DNA of 64,000 bases from a virus (lineage: Duplodnaviria > Caudoviricetes). Each line of letters begins with the position of its first letter. The first letter of the stretch is position 1. Below the pieces are notes generated by a model. It ran no database searches. It was given only the letters and a program-made list of their open reading frames with translations, and was not told the DNA's origin. Where the stretch lies: the IMG/VR virus record IMGVR_UViG_3300020047_005985, positions 1 through 64,000 of that record, one strand, 5' to 3'. Of the stretch, positions 47,965 through 59,514 are shown in pieces. The position numbers and the translations under genes were made by a program.

Positions 47965-50900
47965 TTAGAAATTATTTCTTGTGTTTTTTCTGAAAATCGG
48001 TATTACTACTTTTGGTAATTTTGGTAATTTTAAATATTTATTAATGATTATATGTATAATCATTATAACACAACTTACACCAGTCGCAGCAAGTAAAACT
48101 TTACAATTGGATACTATTGATTCTAACAATTTATCAATCGTAAACACCTCGCAACTTGAACTTCCAAGCAAATGATTAATGTATGTTGTGATAATTACAA
48201 TCAAAGATACCATTAAGCAATATATTGCTGCGATAATTAAACTTACTTTTAAAATTATTTTTATATCTTCTTTCATAATTATTTAATCTGAAATATCGGA
48301 CTTACTGAAAGCGTCTTTTTCAACAAAATCAATTTTAGTATTCTTTCCTACGTTAAACGTAGAAGAGTTTTGGGTTTTACTTGCTGATTCAGGTGCTTTA
48401 CCTGTAATTTTTTTTACAATTTGTGACTGTTCAGGAATTTTGTTTTTTGTAGTTTGACCCACTATCTCCGTTTCTTCTCCTTCTTTTGTTTGAAAAATGG
48501 TATAAATCTTTGTCATGTTTTTTATAATTTGATTTTAGCACCCTTTCATAGTCACTCTCTGATACAATCAAAGCACTTTGAATTAGGGTCACGATATTTA
48601 AGCCTCTTTGTTTACATAAACTGATTTAAGCCGATTAGCATCCGGCTGCTTAATATCTTGCTGAGAACTCCCCATAGTATATAGTAACATATCTCATACA
48701 GTTACATCTATGTTGTATATTACTATACAATTTCTATCAGGGTTTAGATTTGTTTCCAATTGGTTTTATTTAATGACACTGTTGTGTACCTGCATAATGG
48801 TGGCGATGACCGCTTGGAGCAGTAAAAGTACCATTATGGTTTATGGTTACAGTGCCTGTTTGGGACTTAAAATTGTTATACATTGAGGTACGACGTAAAG
48901 CACGTCGTTGGCGACGAGACAATGTCATGGAATATCCATACTTATCTCGTTTTGATGCTCGTTCTTTCTTTCTAAGTTGACGTTTTGAAATTTCCAGGTT
49001 TGAACAATTCTGCTGCATGGGCCTCAAACCCTTTTTGTAAATCTTCTTTTTGAATTTCGATTGTCAGCATTTCAGAATTTTTTAAACATTTTTTCTCCAT
49101 TCTGGAGAGAAATCAAACAAGTTACTCCTCGCAGAGTACCAAATGAGCTATACGCCCAATCGGCAATACTGCACCAGATCTCTTCTTCCACTGTAAGAAC
49201 AGGTGGAATAAATCGCTTTTGTCCTTTGATGATTTTGTACTCACCTTTCTTACCAGTTATTTCTGTAACTGAAGAATTTGAGTGTGAACCAAACATCGAA
49301 GGATTGATCTTTTTCAACAAAGTTGACCTGTTGATAATAGTTTGATTGTTGGATTGATTCCGAGCAGCTTTATCATACTGCTTTTCAGAAACTTTGATTC
49401 CCATTCGTAGATCAAATCCATTAGCAAGTGCTGAAAATGGAGTTTGATTAGCATTTTCACCTACACTTAGTAGGCTATCCCCTCCTGTTCTAGTAATGGT
49501 TGCAATCCCATTAAGGTCAGAGATTTGTAGTTTAGTAAACATATATTTATAGAAGAATTTCTTCTGGTTTTACGTATGTAATACCTTTAGTGAAGCCCAC
49601 AAACATTGTGACTGTGGAACCTTCATTAATAGGTGCGTAAATTGGTCTTTTTGACTCGAATACCAATTTTGAATATTGTTTTTGGGTTTTTCGTATTTTA
49701 CGATTTACTCTGCTCATAATAAGTTGTTTAAAATTTAACAATATTTCAGGATTTAACTCCTGACTGCACAATTACTAATAAAGTTAATTACTCTTTATTA
49801 GTATAGGATTATATATCTGTTGCTGACCTTAGTCTCATTTAAACCCTACTAATGGGTACAACTTTACAATATATAAAACGCGAGTACGCAATCTCGCTGC
49901 CATCATTTGAGTGTAATGGTTATAACTCAAACTTATCCTGTTTACCTTTTACTTGAATTAACTCAAGTTTCAGATATAAGGCTTATACGGTCTATTTCTA
50001 GCCAATATTTTAAAGTTCTTTTTACAGTAGAACTTCGGAACTATTATCTTATAATAACTGTTACCATATTTTAGAAGTCTATGGTCTAACTTAATCTTTT
50101 ATACGAAGCTGTTCAACAGAACAACCTTTCAATTTCGCAATCTCTTCAAGTGTTACCTCAATTACTTGAAATTCTTGAATTTCACGGGCTTGTTGCCAAG
50201 TGGTAGTTTGAGTTTCCTTTTCAGCCTCTTCAAATGTTTCAGCATGTATCCAGGCAATATAATAACCTTGTTTGAATGCAATTACAACTCTTTTGACCCA
50301 TTCACTATTAGAATCACGAACTTCCATTACTCTTGGAAATTGAGATTCTACTTTTGACAATGATGGAGTTGGGTCAACTGGTAAATATCGGCCATCTTCC
50401 GTATATAAACATGTATCATACGTGGAAAAAATTACGTTAATCGGATAGATTGGATGATTGTTTATGCTAGATACTACACCATGTAGATGATGATAGTTAC
50501 AATAGACTTTATCGCCTATGTTAAAATTTTCCATACTGTAATCTTATGTGTGTGAATGACCGCAAGATGTACATTTGCGTACATCTTTTATTATAGGTGA
50601 ACCAACTTGTGATTGGGTTGATCCACGTTGACCAGCATCATTGTCAAAATCATTAGTTGTTACCAATGTATTTTGTAATGCTTGTGAATTCATCATTAAT
50701 CCACCACATTCAAAACAAGTGTTACGAATAATTTCTTGAATTATTTGTGATGAGACAAAAGATGGAAATTTCCAGACACTTCCATGTTCTCCTGATTCCT
50801 CAGGTATATAAATTCCACCAAGTCTTTCAAACGATAATTCAAAAGATTCGGTCGGTTTTAATTTAAAGATATTACCTTTAAACGTAACATATACAAAGTT

Positions 50901-52984
50901 TTGTGAAACTTTATAGTTATAATTTATCAATTGCATATCCGTTACAATTTAAAAAATGAAGTGAAAATATCAGATAAAACCAATAGAACCTGTACTAGTA
51001 GGCATTGATCTATTGGACAAACTCCTGATATACAATAAGAGAAATAATTCAGCTCCGTTGCTATAATTATTCTGTTACCGCAGTTTGTTACGGACTTATT
51101 TTTTTGCGTCTTCTTCTGCTTTTCTTTCTGCTCTTTTGCCTAAAATAGGTATAAGAGAAAAAAATGAGAAGAGGAATGCTACAATAAACACCTCTGTGGT
51201 TTCCATTGCTTGTGTAAGACTTCCATTAAAGTCTGTATAATAGCAATATAAAGCTCCACATAATGTGTATATTGATAGCATATAACATGCGACTTTAATC
51301 CAGAACCACATTAGTTAGGATTAATTTCGGTGTTCATAGGCACTCCTGTCCGCTTAGGAGTTTGGTTGCATTTGTCGTAAATAAGTACAACTACCACAAT
51401 CAATAAGATTGCAATAATTGTATTTACAACTATTTTAGTGAATTTGCTCATACATTTTGAAAAAAATAAACATCTGTTTTATCCAGTGATAAATCGACTG
51501 TGTATTAGTATGGAACTACAATGTAGAACTCACAACTATTTACAAGAACAGAAAAGAGATTTAAATAATAGTGTCATTGCAAGTTGTTCTATGAACTCAT
51601 ATACTTACATATATTTACATATTGCACTATTAAACCAATCAATGCTCAATGGTAGTAGAGTGATTGATAATCTATTGTTTATTTTTAATCTTACTGAGTG
51701 CGATTTACCTTTCAGTAAACTACGTTTCTTCCCATTGTTCCGCCTATCACGCGGTGGTTTTTGTGTCTCTAATCAGTAAGATTATTTTTTATTTTTGTTG
51801 TTTTCTAAAATATCCATTAGGGTTTACACCCATCTGAATAAGTCGTTCTTCAATAGTTCCTGTTACTGGAACTTGTTGAAGTATTTCTTCAATGGTACAT
51901 TCTGTTCCAATTTGGTCAAGGATAATATCCTCGTGAGGATATTCGTTATCTATTCTTTCAGGAATAGAAAACATCTTATCTGCACCTATAACGATAGATC
52001 CAGACGGCTCTTCAATTCCGCTAAGTGTTTCCAGCTTAAGGAATTTTGCTCTTCCTCTTGCTGGGATACGCAAGAAATACAATGTGACTGCATCTTCCGA
52101 TGAACATACCAACTGCCAATAAACAGGTAAATCAAAGACTGGTTTGTTTTCTTGAAATTCTATTTGTGGTAGAATTTCGGTCAATCTTAACATTTCTTCA
52201 TGGCTTACAAGCCGAAGAAAATTACCATTTGGGTTTGCAAACCAATATTGCTGTAATGTAGTTACAAGTAAATTTCCTCCTGCTGTTAGATAGAACTTAG
52301 CTTTGTCCAATAGATATGCAAGATGCATTCTATTGAATGCTTCCCAGGTTTCACATTCTCTGGATGGATTTTTTTGAATAGTTCCATCAGTATTTACAGC
52401 GTAACATGTATATGTTACATGAGTGTCGGTTGTTTCTTGAACGTAAGCATGGAGAATTTCATCTCCGAATTTTAGCTTGTACATAATACTTTTTATTTTT
52501 TGAATAATTGCCTACTCTTTTGAAGGATTTTTGGCATACTCCTTATAAACCCTCTGCACTCTGTTATAATCATCAATGATTTCATTCCTATCAATTAAGA
52601 TGGTGTATTAATTTCAACTATAGATTATAACAGCTTACCAGGGACTAGTGGGAATTAGAGTTAATAGGCAAAACACCCAATAAGAGTGACAAATCCTATT
52701 TACCTGCACTTCCGCAAGTGGAGATATTTGTTGCGGTATTTTTAAACATCAGATCAACGAGTATTATTGTCTCTATTGATCTTAAACTGGTGTTATATCC
52801 TTATACAAACCCAACCACAACTTGAGATGTAATCAATATTGTGTTGAATACAGAAAGCTCTACCTTCATACCATTTAAGGCAGATTTCGACAATACGACC
52901 TGATTCAGATCTTATTACTTTGTCAATAATCTCTGCTGGAATAGTAATCCCATTGAGATCATAGTCTTTATTATAGTCTTCCAT
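47965..52984 (-). other. Region of small early-type hypothetical CDSs (47965-48276 2xTM, 48283-48516, 48770-49027, 49072-49542, 49547-49771, 50091-50534, 50544-50936 Zn ribbon, 51096-51311 2xTM, 51789-52484, 52793-52984) separated by long hairpin-rich spacers
   Basis: Co-oriented ORFs with AT-rich leaders. Confidence 0.5.
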
Positions 52985-54324
52985 GACGATGTGTTTTTTT
53001 GCTCTAATGTAATAAAATACATCAGAGCGAGTTTGTAGAAATTTTATATTGAGGTAAATAGTGTGAGATGGTATTTCACTAACCTACGACAACTGTCGTA
53101 GTACTATAAATCCTTGATTATCAACTAATTATCAAATAAACACAAGGATTGAGATCTTGATATCATCCAAGTTTTATACTCAATCCAAGTGTTTATAGGG
53201 TAACATTCGTCTCCCCTCCAACTGCATTACTGCAATATCTTTTAAATTCAGCTATATTACTACTGCTGATTTAGGATAAGTTATTTACCTTACTAAGTCA
53301 AGGAAAGTGGACTTATGGATGTAAGGGTTTAAGAAGAATAACCAAGTTTAACTTACTCAAACGCTGACGCTATTGAAACTTGGTAATATATTTTTAATCA
53401 ACAGTAGAGATCAATGAGTATCTCTCCCTGCCCGATTTAACCATGAAGTGCTCTACCTACAATATAGGTGTAAAACATGGAACTCACACCTTGGGCCAAG
53501 CAGGTGTAATATCTACTGTTGATAATATCTTGACACCATATTATATAGGAGACTTTCAACAGAATTTACTGTTCTTACTCCAATGTCTGTATCGCAGATA
53601 TATAATAGGTGTATTAATCAAATGAAGGAACAGAAGGATTGAAGGCTATGAAATCTCAGTGCTTTTCAATCCAACTGTTCCCGTAGTTTTTTACTATTAT
53701 ATGCCTGACTCGGAGAAAACGAATGCTCCATGTAAATACCAGACTGTACCCCTTTAGACCGTAGGGTAGATATAACAGTTATCCACTTGTCCTCTCATTC
53801 TTAGTAAGAGTTAAGCCTAAATCAATAGGCTGTGGATACCTCTTTTTTGATGAACACCTCATTCTATTCATCCCTTGATATAATTATATGAATCAACAAG
53901 AATAGTTGTTGTTTGTACATCATATAACCCCAAGTGCACATGGCCTTGAGTATTCTTTAAAACGAGTTTTATATGTGGGAAACTCGGTGTAACCAATTCT
54001 TAAACACCAGTCCAATGTCTAATATCTAAGACTATTGGATTTAAACTGGTGTTATTTGTAGATTAAGTCTGATTGCCATCAATTAGGCCCTCTTCATATC
54101 TTTCTTTAGGAATGAAGTAGGCAGAATCAAGATGCTCCTGCTCTTCAGAAGCTTGACAAAGATAGGCTTCTGACCGAAACCATTCTTTATCCATATACGC
54201 CTGCGATTCAGGCCATAATACCAGTACGTAGTTCATAATAAGTTATAGAGTGAGTGAGAACAATAGCTCCCATCAATACTTGAGCCATAAAGCCGGAAGT
54301 AATGACAGGAGCAGCATCATGAGT

Positions 54325-54597
54325 TTACAGGGTGGCAATCACATCAGCACCTGGCTTTGGGTTGATAAGGCAAGCCTTAGTCATATCACCATCAGGGATG
54401 AGGATAGACATAGGCAACTTAACATCCAAATCCTGTTGGCAGTTATAGTTGGTGCCATTGTCAGCAGCAACAAATAACTTATTGGTGTTAGGATTACGAA
54501 GAACATCCAATTTAGTAGCCCCAACATTCTGCTTGAACAGATTGATGGACATGAAACCAAATGTGGTTGTTGGTACTTGAGCAGCTTGATTAGCCAT
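54325..54597 (-). CDS. Small conserved crAss-like protein, first gene of the leftward block
   Basis: MSINLFKQNVGA..LDVLRNPNTNKLF; strongly biased codon usage. Confidence 0.6.
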   Translation of the reverse strand: MANQAAQVPTTTFGFMSINLFKQNVGATKLDVLRNPNTNKLFVAADNGTNYNCQQDLDVKLPMSILIPDGDMTKACLINPKPGADVIATL

Positions 54598-55021
54598 GAT
54601 TTACGATAATTTATTGAGTGAAATAAAATGTATGGTTAGGTCGGCATTATAAGCAATGCCGCAAACTGTTCGTAGTATTTCTCTACGACCTAACCACCAG
54701 GGGAGTCTTCCTTCCCTAAAACTAAGAGGGGGTGGGGTTTGGGTTACTCTATCAAGTGTTATTCTTTCCAAAAAAACTAAAAAACAAAAAAATAAATTTA
54801 CATTATCAAATACAACTCTTTCTAAAAAATTCCAAAAAAAAAATTAAAAAAAAAATAAAATCACCTAATTTTTTACAAAACAATGTACTTACAAAAAACA
54901 CCTAAAATTATTTTCATTTACCCATATTGTATCTGGAGCTTCCTATTGCACTTTTTTAGTTAAGGAAAAGTTAAAGTTTTAAAAACACCTTAATTTCAAT
55001 CCTGCACTATTTTTTATACCT

Positions 55022-55029
55022 TATCTTTG
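55022..55029 (+). promoter_or_regulatory. Bacteroidota-type -7 promoter box at the start of the rightward block
   Basis: TATCTTTG (TAnnTTTG) just after the strand-switch region. Confidence 0.55.
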
Positions 55030-55799
55030 TACCAAGTTTATAACCTAAACCTAGCATCCTTAGATCAGCCTGTGGACTACATTTAACCAAATGTTAGAAC
55101 AGGTTCAGAAGTCGGTTTATAAGAAGTAATCCCGTAGAGTATTATACTTTAGGTGGTGATGAAAATGAAATTTCACCGATAGATGCGAATATGGTGTAGA
55201 TATAAAAGGTGTTATTTAAACAACTGGGAGAGAAGAAGTAAATATTCAAGATTAATTCTTGTTAGAACTTCTTATGCCGGACTTGGTAATCTTTATATAA
55301 AGAGTATAAAAGTTAGTTGTTTATGGTTAAAGTTGAATCCTAAAGATTTGATGTACGCACTGGCACCCAGAAGTTCTACATTAATTATAGAGCTAAAAGC
55401 TCTCAACCAAATTGAAGTGACATTCAATGGGGGAGGGAGAGGTATATCAAAAAATGAACTTTTAAATTATGAGTAAAACAACTAAACTTATAAAACACGG
55501 TACAATAAAACAAATGGTTAGAAGGAAAACACAAGTAAAATATAAACCTTCACCCAATGAATCTAAAGATTATACTAAACTTATTGTTATTTTTACAATT
55601 ACTTTTGTAGTAATCACCATAATAAAAATGTTATGCTTTTAATATTATATGCTGTTATCGCAGGAGTTTACACTAAAGCTTACTTTGAAGAAAATATACT
55701 TTATGTAAATGTTATGCGTGATGTAATTGAGACAATTATAAATGGAGTATTTTGGCCATTAAGTTTATTATATTTTATTTTTAAAAAAGAACTTAAACA

Positions 55800-56150
55800 A
55801 TGATAATTAATCCACTAAAAGATATAATGGATAAAAATCCACAAGAGAGTATTGTGGTAACTAAGAAACAGTTTTTTGAATATTTTTACAAACTTTTAAA
55901 TCTTAGAGGTTTAGGTCTTACAGAAAATGAGATTAAAGTTTTATCAACTCTTAGTGCTAATATGACACTAGAGGATACAGGAATTAGTAAAAATAATCTT
56001 CCACCTGTATTGAAGAAGTTGGAAGAAAAAGGATTAATTCTTAATAAAGAACTGACAGAAGTTTCTAAATCATTTGCTACTAAATTAGTAGATGATGTGA
56101 CAATGATTATTAAATTTGAAATAGAAAATGATACTGGACAAAATAATTGA
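55800..56150 (+). CDS. Winged-HTH DNA-binding protein
   Basis: GLTENEIKVL..TGISKNNL..VLKKLEEKGLI. Confidence 0.65.
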   Translation: MIINPLKDIMDKNPQESIVVTKKQFFEYFYKLLNLRGLGLTENEIKVLSTLSANMTLEDTGISKNNLPPVLKKLEEKGLILNKELTEVSKSFATKLVDDVTMIIKFEIENDTGQNN

Positions 56151-56848
56151 ACTCCAGATCGAATTATTGAAGAAATCAAGAGTACCTACAACGGTATTAA
56201 TGAGTATAGGAAACTTTAATATATTGGTGAAAGAGTTAGAGTCTGATAGATACTTAAGTTCTATCCACAATATGAATATTGAAATAATTAATAGTAAACA
56301 ATTGGTTGTATTATGATAATGGTTGATGAAATTGCTATTATAAGCAGGGCGGAACAAATTAAACCTCAGCCTAAAAAAATTGAGGGATTTGAATATCAAG
56401 AAGAACTTACGGAGTTTCATTCTAAAAACAAAACAGGAGTATGGAAAATACCTTTTGGTTCTAAGTTAAAAGAAAAAGGATTTATTGCTGTTGATGTTTA
56501 TAATCCTGATGAAATTGATTTATCTAAATTTATAAGTGGAGCAATCTATCAAAAATTTCAGACTAAAGATGGTCTGACAGTTATAGCTACACTTATTATT
56601 CAAGAAATTGGTAAATATGATAATTTAAATTATACTTTTGTATGCACTCTAAAATAGGAGTTTATAAAGAAGATAATTTTATAGTTTATTATTTTAAAGA
56701 TGGAACCGTAGTGTCAATGGTCTCTAATCCACTTTTTGATGATATAGAGAACTTTGATAAAATTCCAAACGGAACTAAATTAGATGCAAAAAGCATTAGC
56801 ATTAGAAGTAGCAAGAGAGTTAAAAATGTCACCAGAAAAGGTGTATGA
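56128..56848 (+). other. Three small hypothetical CDSs (56128-56316, 56313-56657, 56642-56848)
   Basis: Overlapping co-oriented ORFs. Confidence 0.5.
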
Positions 56849-57083
56849 GATTTGCAAGAGTTTTCATGATGGTATTGGAATTGTTCTATCTGATCCTGGT
56901 GATTGTAAAAGTGGTTTATTAATACATAATTTTTTATGTTTTAATTTAAAAGAATCTAAGTTAGATAAGGTGTTACACTTAGAGGATGAGAATACAGAAT
57001 TAAGACACCGAATGAAAGAAAATCTAATTAAATTTAGAAGAAAAAACAAAAACAATGTTAAGAAAAAACAAGCCGAAGGCTAA
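56784..57083 (+). CDS. HU/IHF-like DNA-binding protein
   Basis: LALEVARELKMSPEKVYEICKSF...LLIHNFLCF pattern; IHF-like genes precede TerL in crAss-like phages. Confidence 0.6.
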   Translation: MQKALALEVARELKMSPEKVYEICKSFHDGIGIVLSDPGDCKSGLLIHNFLCFNLKESKLDKVLHLEDENTELRHRMKENLIKFRRKNKNNVKKKQAEG

Positions 57084-57645
57084 ACAAACAATGAATGATT
57101 TTATTAAAGCAAATCAATCTGATAATCCAATGGATAAGCAGGTTAAGATTGCACAAACAAATATCCATGCTTTTAAGTACACTGATACTTATATGGAGCA
57201 AGTTGTAAAATACAACGAAAATATTCAGACTATTGATCCTCTCTATGAGTCTGTAAAACCATTACATGAAATTTTAGTAAGATTTTATTTACATGAACCT
57301 ACAAAAGTGGGAGAACTTGTTATGCCTTATAAGCAGATGATTCCAATTGAAACTAAATCTGGAATTGCAGGTTATAATGAAGTAGAATCTGATTTTCCTT
57401 TCACCATGAAAGCTGTGGTGATTTCGGCTCCAGAATCTAATCCACTTAAAACAGGAGATGTAGTTTTCTTATCTAGAAAAGCTATCATGATTCATGCTAT
57501 TGGAAATGGTGCTAACGCTAAGATTGTAGTTGCTCAAAGTTTTTGTCACCCTGATAGTAATTTAGCAGATCCCCCAACTGATATTACCAATCAGCATTAC
57601 GGGTATGCGATGATTCAATATCATGAAATTAAAGCTAAACTTTAA
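57055..57645 (+). CDS. GroES-like co-chaperonin
   Basis: VKPLHEILVR..., TKSGI, KAVVISAP..LKTGDVVF resemble the GroES fold; GroEL lies downstream. Confidence 0.55.
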   Translation: MLRKNKPKAKQTMNDFIKANQSDNPMDKQVKIAQTNIHAFKYTDTYMEQVVKYNENIQTIDPLYESVKPLHEILVRFYLHEPTKVGELVMPYKQMIPIETKSGIAGYNEVESDFPFTMKAVVISAPESNPLKTGDVVFLSRKAIMIHAIGNGANAKIVVAQSFCHPDSNLADPPTDITNQHYGYAMIQYHEIKAKL

Positions 57646-57654
57646 TCTTGATTA

Positions 57655-57879
57655 ATGGAAAGAAAATTCAATGTTAAGTTAGTAAGGACATATAAGTATT
57701 GTCTTAAATGTACTGGTATGATGGTTCAATGTACTTGGGGAAGTATGTCAATAACTGATACTACAGGAACTTTTGCGCTCACCCAATTTAATCATAAATG
57801 TGATAAATGTGGACATGGAGAAAGCTATGATAGAAATTATCCAATATTAGAATATATTGACGATGGAGAATTGGAATAA
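57655..57879 (+). CDS. Zinc-ribbon protein
   Basis: CLKC...HKCDKCGH..YP. Confidence 0.6.
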   Translation: MERKFNVKLVRTYKYCLKCTGMMVQCTWGSMSITDTTGTFALTQFNHKCDKCGHGESYDRNYPILEYIDDGELE

Positions 57880-58135
57880 ACAACTTCACAACTTTGGTAA
57901 TCTTACTAAAGGAAATACATACAAAACACACTTTGAATATTTAGGCTCTAAATCCATAAAGGAAATAGAGCCTTTGTGTTCTTGTGTGAAATATAAGTTT
58001 AATGAGAATAAACTAACTGTTAATTGGACAATTAAAAATGGTATAGCATCAAATTATGTATCTAATAAGATTATTATGATTACATATCAAGATGATACTG
58101 TTGATGATTTAACAGTTACAGGTTTTGTAATATGA
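57857..58135 (+). CDS. DUF1573-like Ig-fold protein
   Basis: HNFG..F.Y.G..IKEIEPLCSC. Confidence 0.55.
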   Translation: MTMENWNKQLHNFGNLTKGNTYKTHFEYLGSKSIKEIEPLCSCVKYKFNENKLTVNWTIKNGIASNYVSNKIIMITYQDDTVDDLTVTGFVI

Positions 58136-58187
58136 ATATTGAAATAAAAGTAATATTAGAAATTTTTAACCGAACAAAAAGAACTAT

Positions 58188-58484
58188 ATGATAAAAGAAC
58201 TCATTAAAAGATATAAACAAGAAATACACCCGTGTATGCTTTGGCTGTTAATACATGTATATTATGATTTAAATACTAAAGCTTGGTATAATGGAGACCA
58301 CATACTAGTGGAAGGAGATGAATTTGAAAATTCTCCTGTTGAGGAGAGTGATGGTTATTCATTTGAGGTTGCACCCAAAGGTTATCTTAATATTCAAGAT
58401 TACACTTTTCAGGAATTAAAAGATTCGTTTGTTTATCTTAGTGAACAAGAGTTGAATTTACTTAAAACGTATATGAAAAGATGA
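58188..58484 (+). CDS. Hypothetical protein
   Basis: ORF in operon. Confidence 0.5.
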   Translation: MIKELIKRYKQEIHPCMLWLLIHVYYDLNTKAWYNGDHILVEGDEFENSPVEESDGYSFEVAPKGYLNIQDYTFQELKDSFVYLSEQELNLLKTYMKR

Positions 58485-59035
58485 GTACCTTTGCAAGTAT
58501 TGATAAGCATCAAGATGGGAACTTTTGGGAACTTAATCCACATATTAAATATGTAGAACCTTTTGCAACTCTTTATTCTAATGATACTTCTAAGAGTAAA
58601 GAACAGTCTTCTAAAGATATGTGGTGTGTGCTTTGGTTAACTGATCCTGATGAAGAAGTTAATAAATATTATAGGATTGTGGATAAACAAGAAAAATTAG
58701 ATATATGTTTAAAATTTAATTCTAATTTTGATCCAAATAATCCTGTTGTTTCTGAATGTTTAGAAAAATATCCATACTTATGTTTGAATGCTGATGAATT
58801 AGCATATAAGCTTCAGAAAGATCAGTTAATTGAAATTAGTCAGTTTTTATCTAATCTTCCAATAACAATGGATACGGTTAAAGAGATTATTGATCTTAAG
58901 GCTAAGTTACCAAAGATATATCAAGATTTTGAAAAAATAGAAAAAATGTTTCAAAAGAATAAATCCGAACAAAGAGTTTGGGGTAATAGAAAACTAACTG
59001 CTCGCGAGAGAGGTTTAATAACACCTGATGAATAA
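58481..59035 (+). CDS. Conserved protein upstream of TerL (candidate terminase small subunit)
   Basis: Helical 184 aa; position-based inference only. Confidence 0.4.
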   Translation: MSTFASIDKHQDGNFWELNPHIKYVEPFATLYSNDTSKSKEQSSKDMWCVLWLTDPDEEVNKYYRIVDKQEKLDICLKFNSNFDPNNPVVSECLEKYPYLCLNADELAYKLQKDQLIEISQFLSNLPITMDTVKEIIDLKAKLPKIYQDFEKIEKMFQKNKSEQRVWGNRKLTARERGLITPDE

Positions 59036-59169
59036 AGAATTGTTTGACATTTTAGTTTCCAGTAAGAGTATGGCTTTATTTTTAAAAGAATATTCTTCTG
59101 GAAATATTGAGAATAATTGTGAAAAGCTGATAAAGCAAATAAATAGTTACTTAGAAAACGAAATACTTT

Positions 59170-59514
59170 ATGGAGATAAAGATAATACCATTGCATCCTT
59201 TTCCGAAAAATCTTCATGTAATATTCAGTAAGCCTGATGAAGCTTTTGATTATATTAAACAGCATTCACAAGGTTTAGATCATTTGACTGTTGAAGATCT
59301 TCATTATAGTTTTGGTTATACTGTACGAGATGGAAACTGCACAATTTTTCTTTATATTCATAAACCACTAAAGAAAGATATTGGTTTGTTGGTACATGAG
59401 TCTTTACATGCTGTTCAGTTTTTAATGGAGTTTATGGATACTCCTTTTACAAATGATACTTCAGAAGTATATGCGTATATGCAACAATATATTATAAATA
59501 AAATATTAAAGTGA
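59170..59514 (+). CDS. Small zincin-like metalloprotease
   Basis: LLVHESLHAV...EVYAY (HExxH...E). Confidence 0.7.
   Translation: MEIKIIPLHPFPKNLHVIFSKPDEAFDYIKQHSQGLDHLTVEDLHYSFGYTVRDGNCTIFLYIHKPLKKDIGLLVHESLHAVQFLMEFMDTPFTNDTSEVYAYMQQYIINKILK

Noticed and set aside
48010-48031. 9-bp tandem repeat
   Set aside because: Simply encodes KLPKLPK within a CDS
54656-55476. ORFs 54656-54847 and 55183-55476
   Set aside because: Low-complexity or atypical composition in the strand-switch region; no motif support
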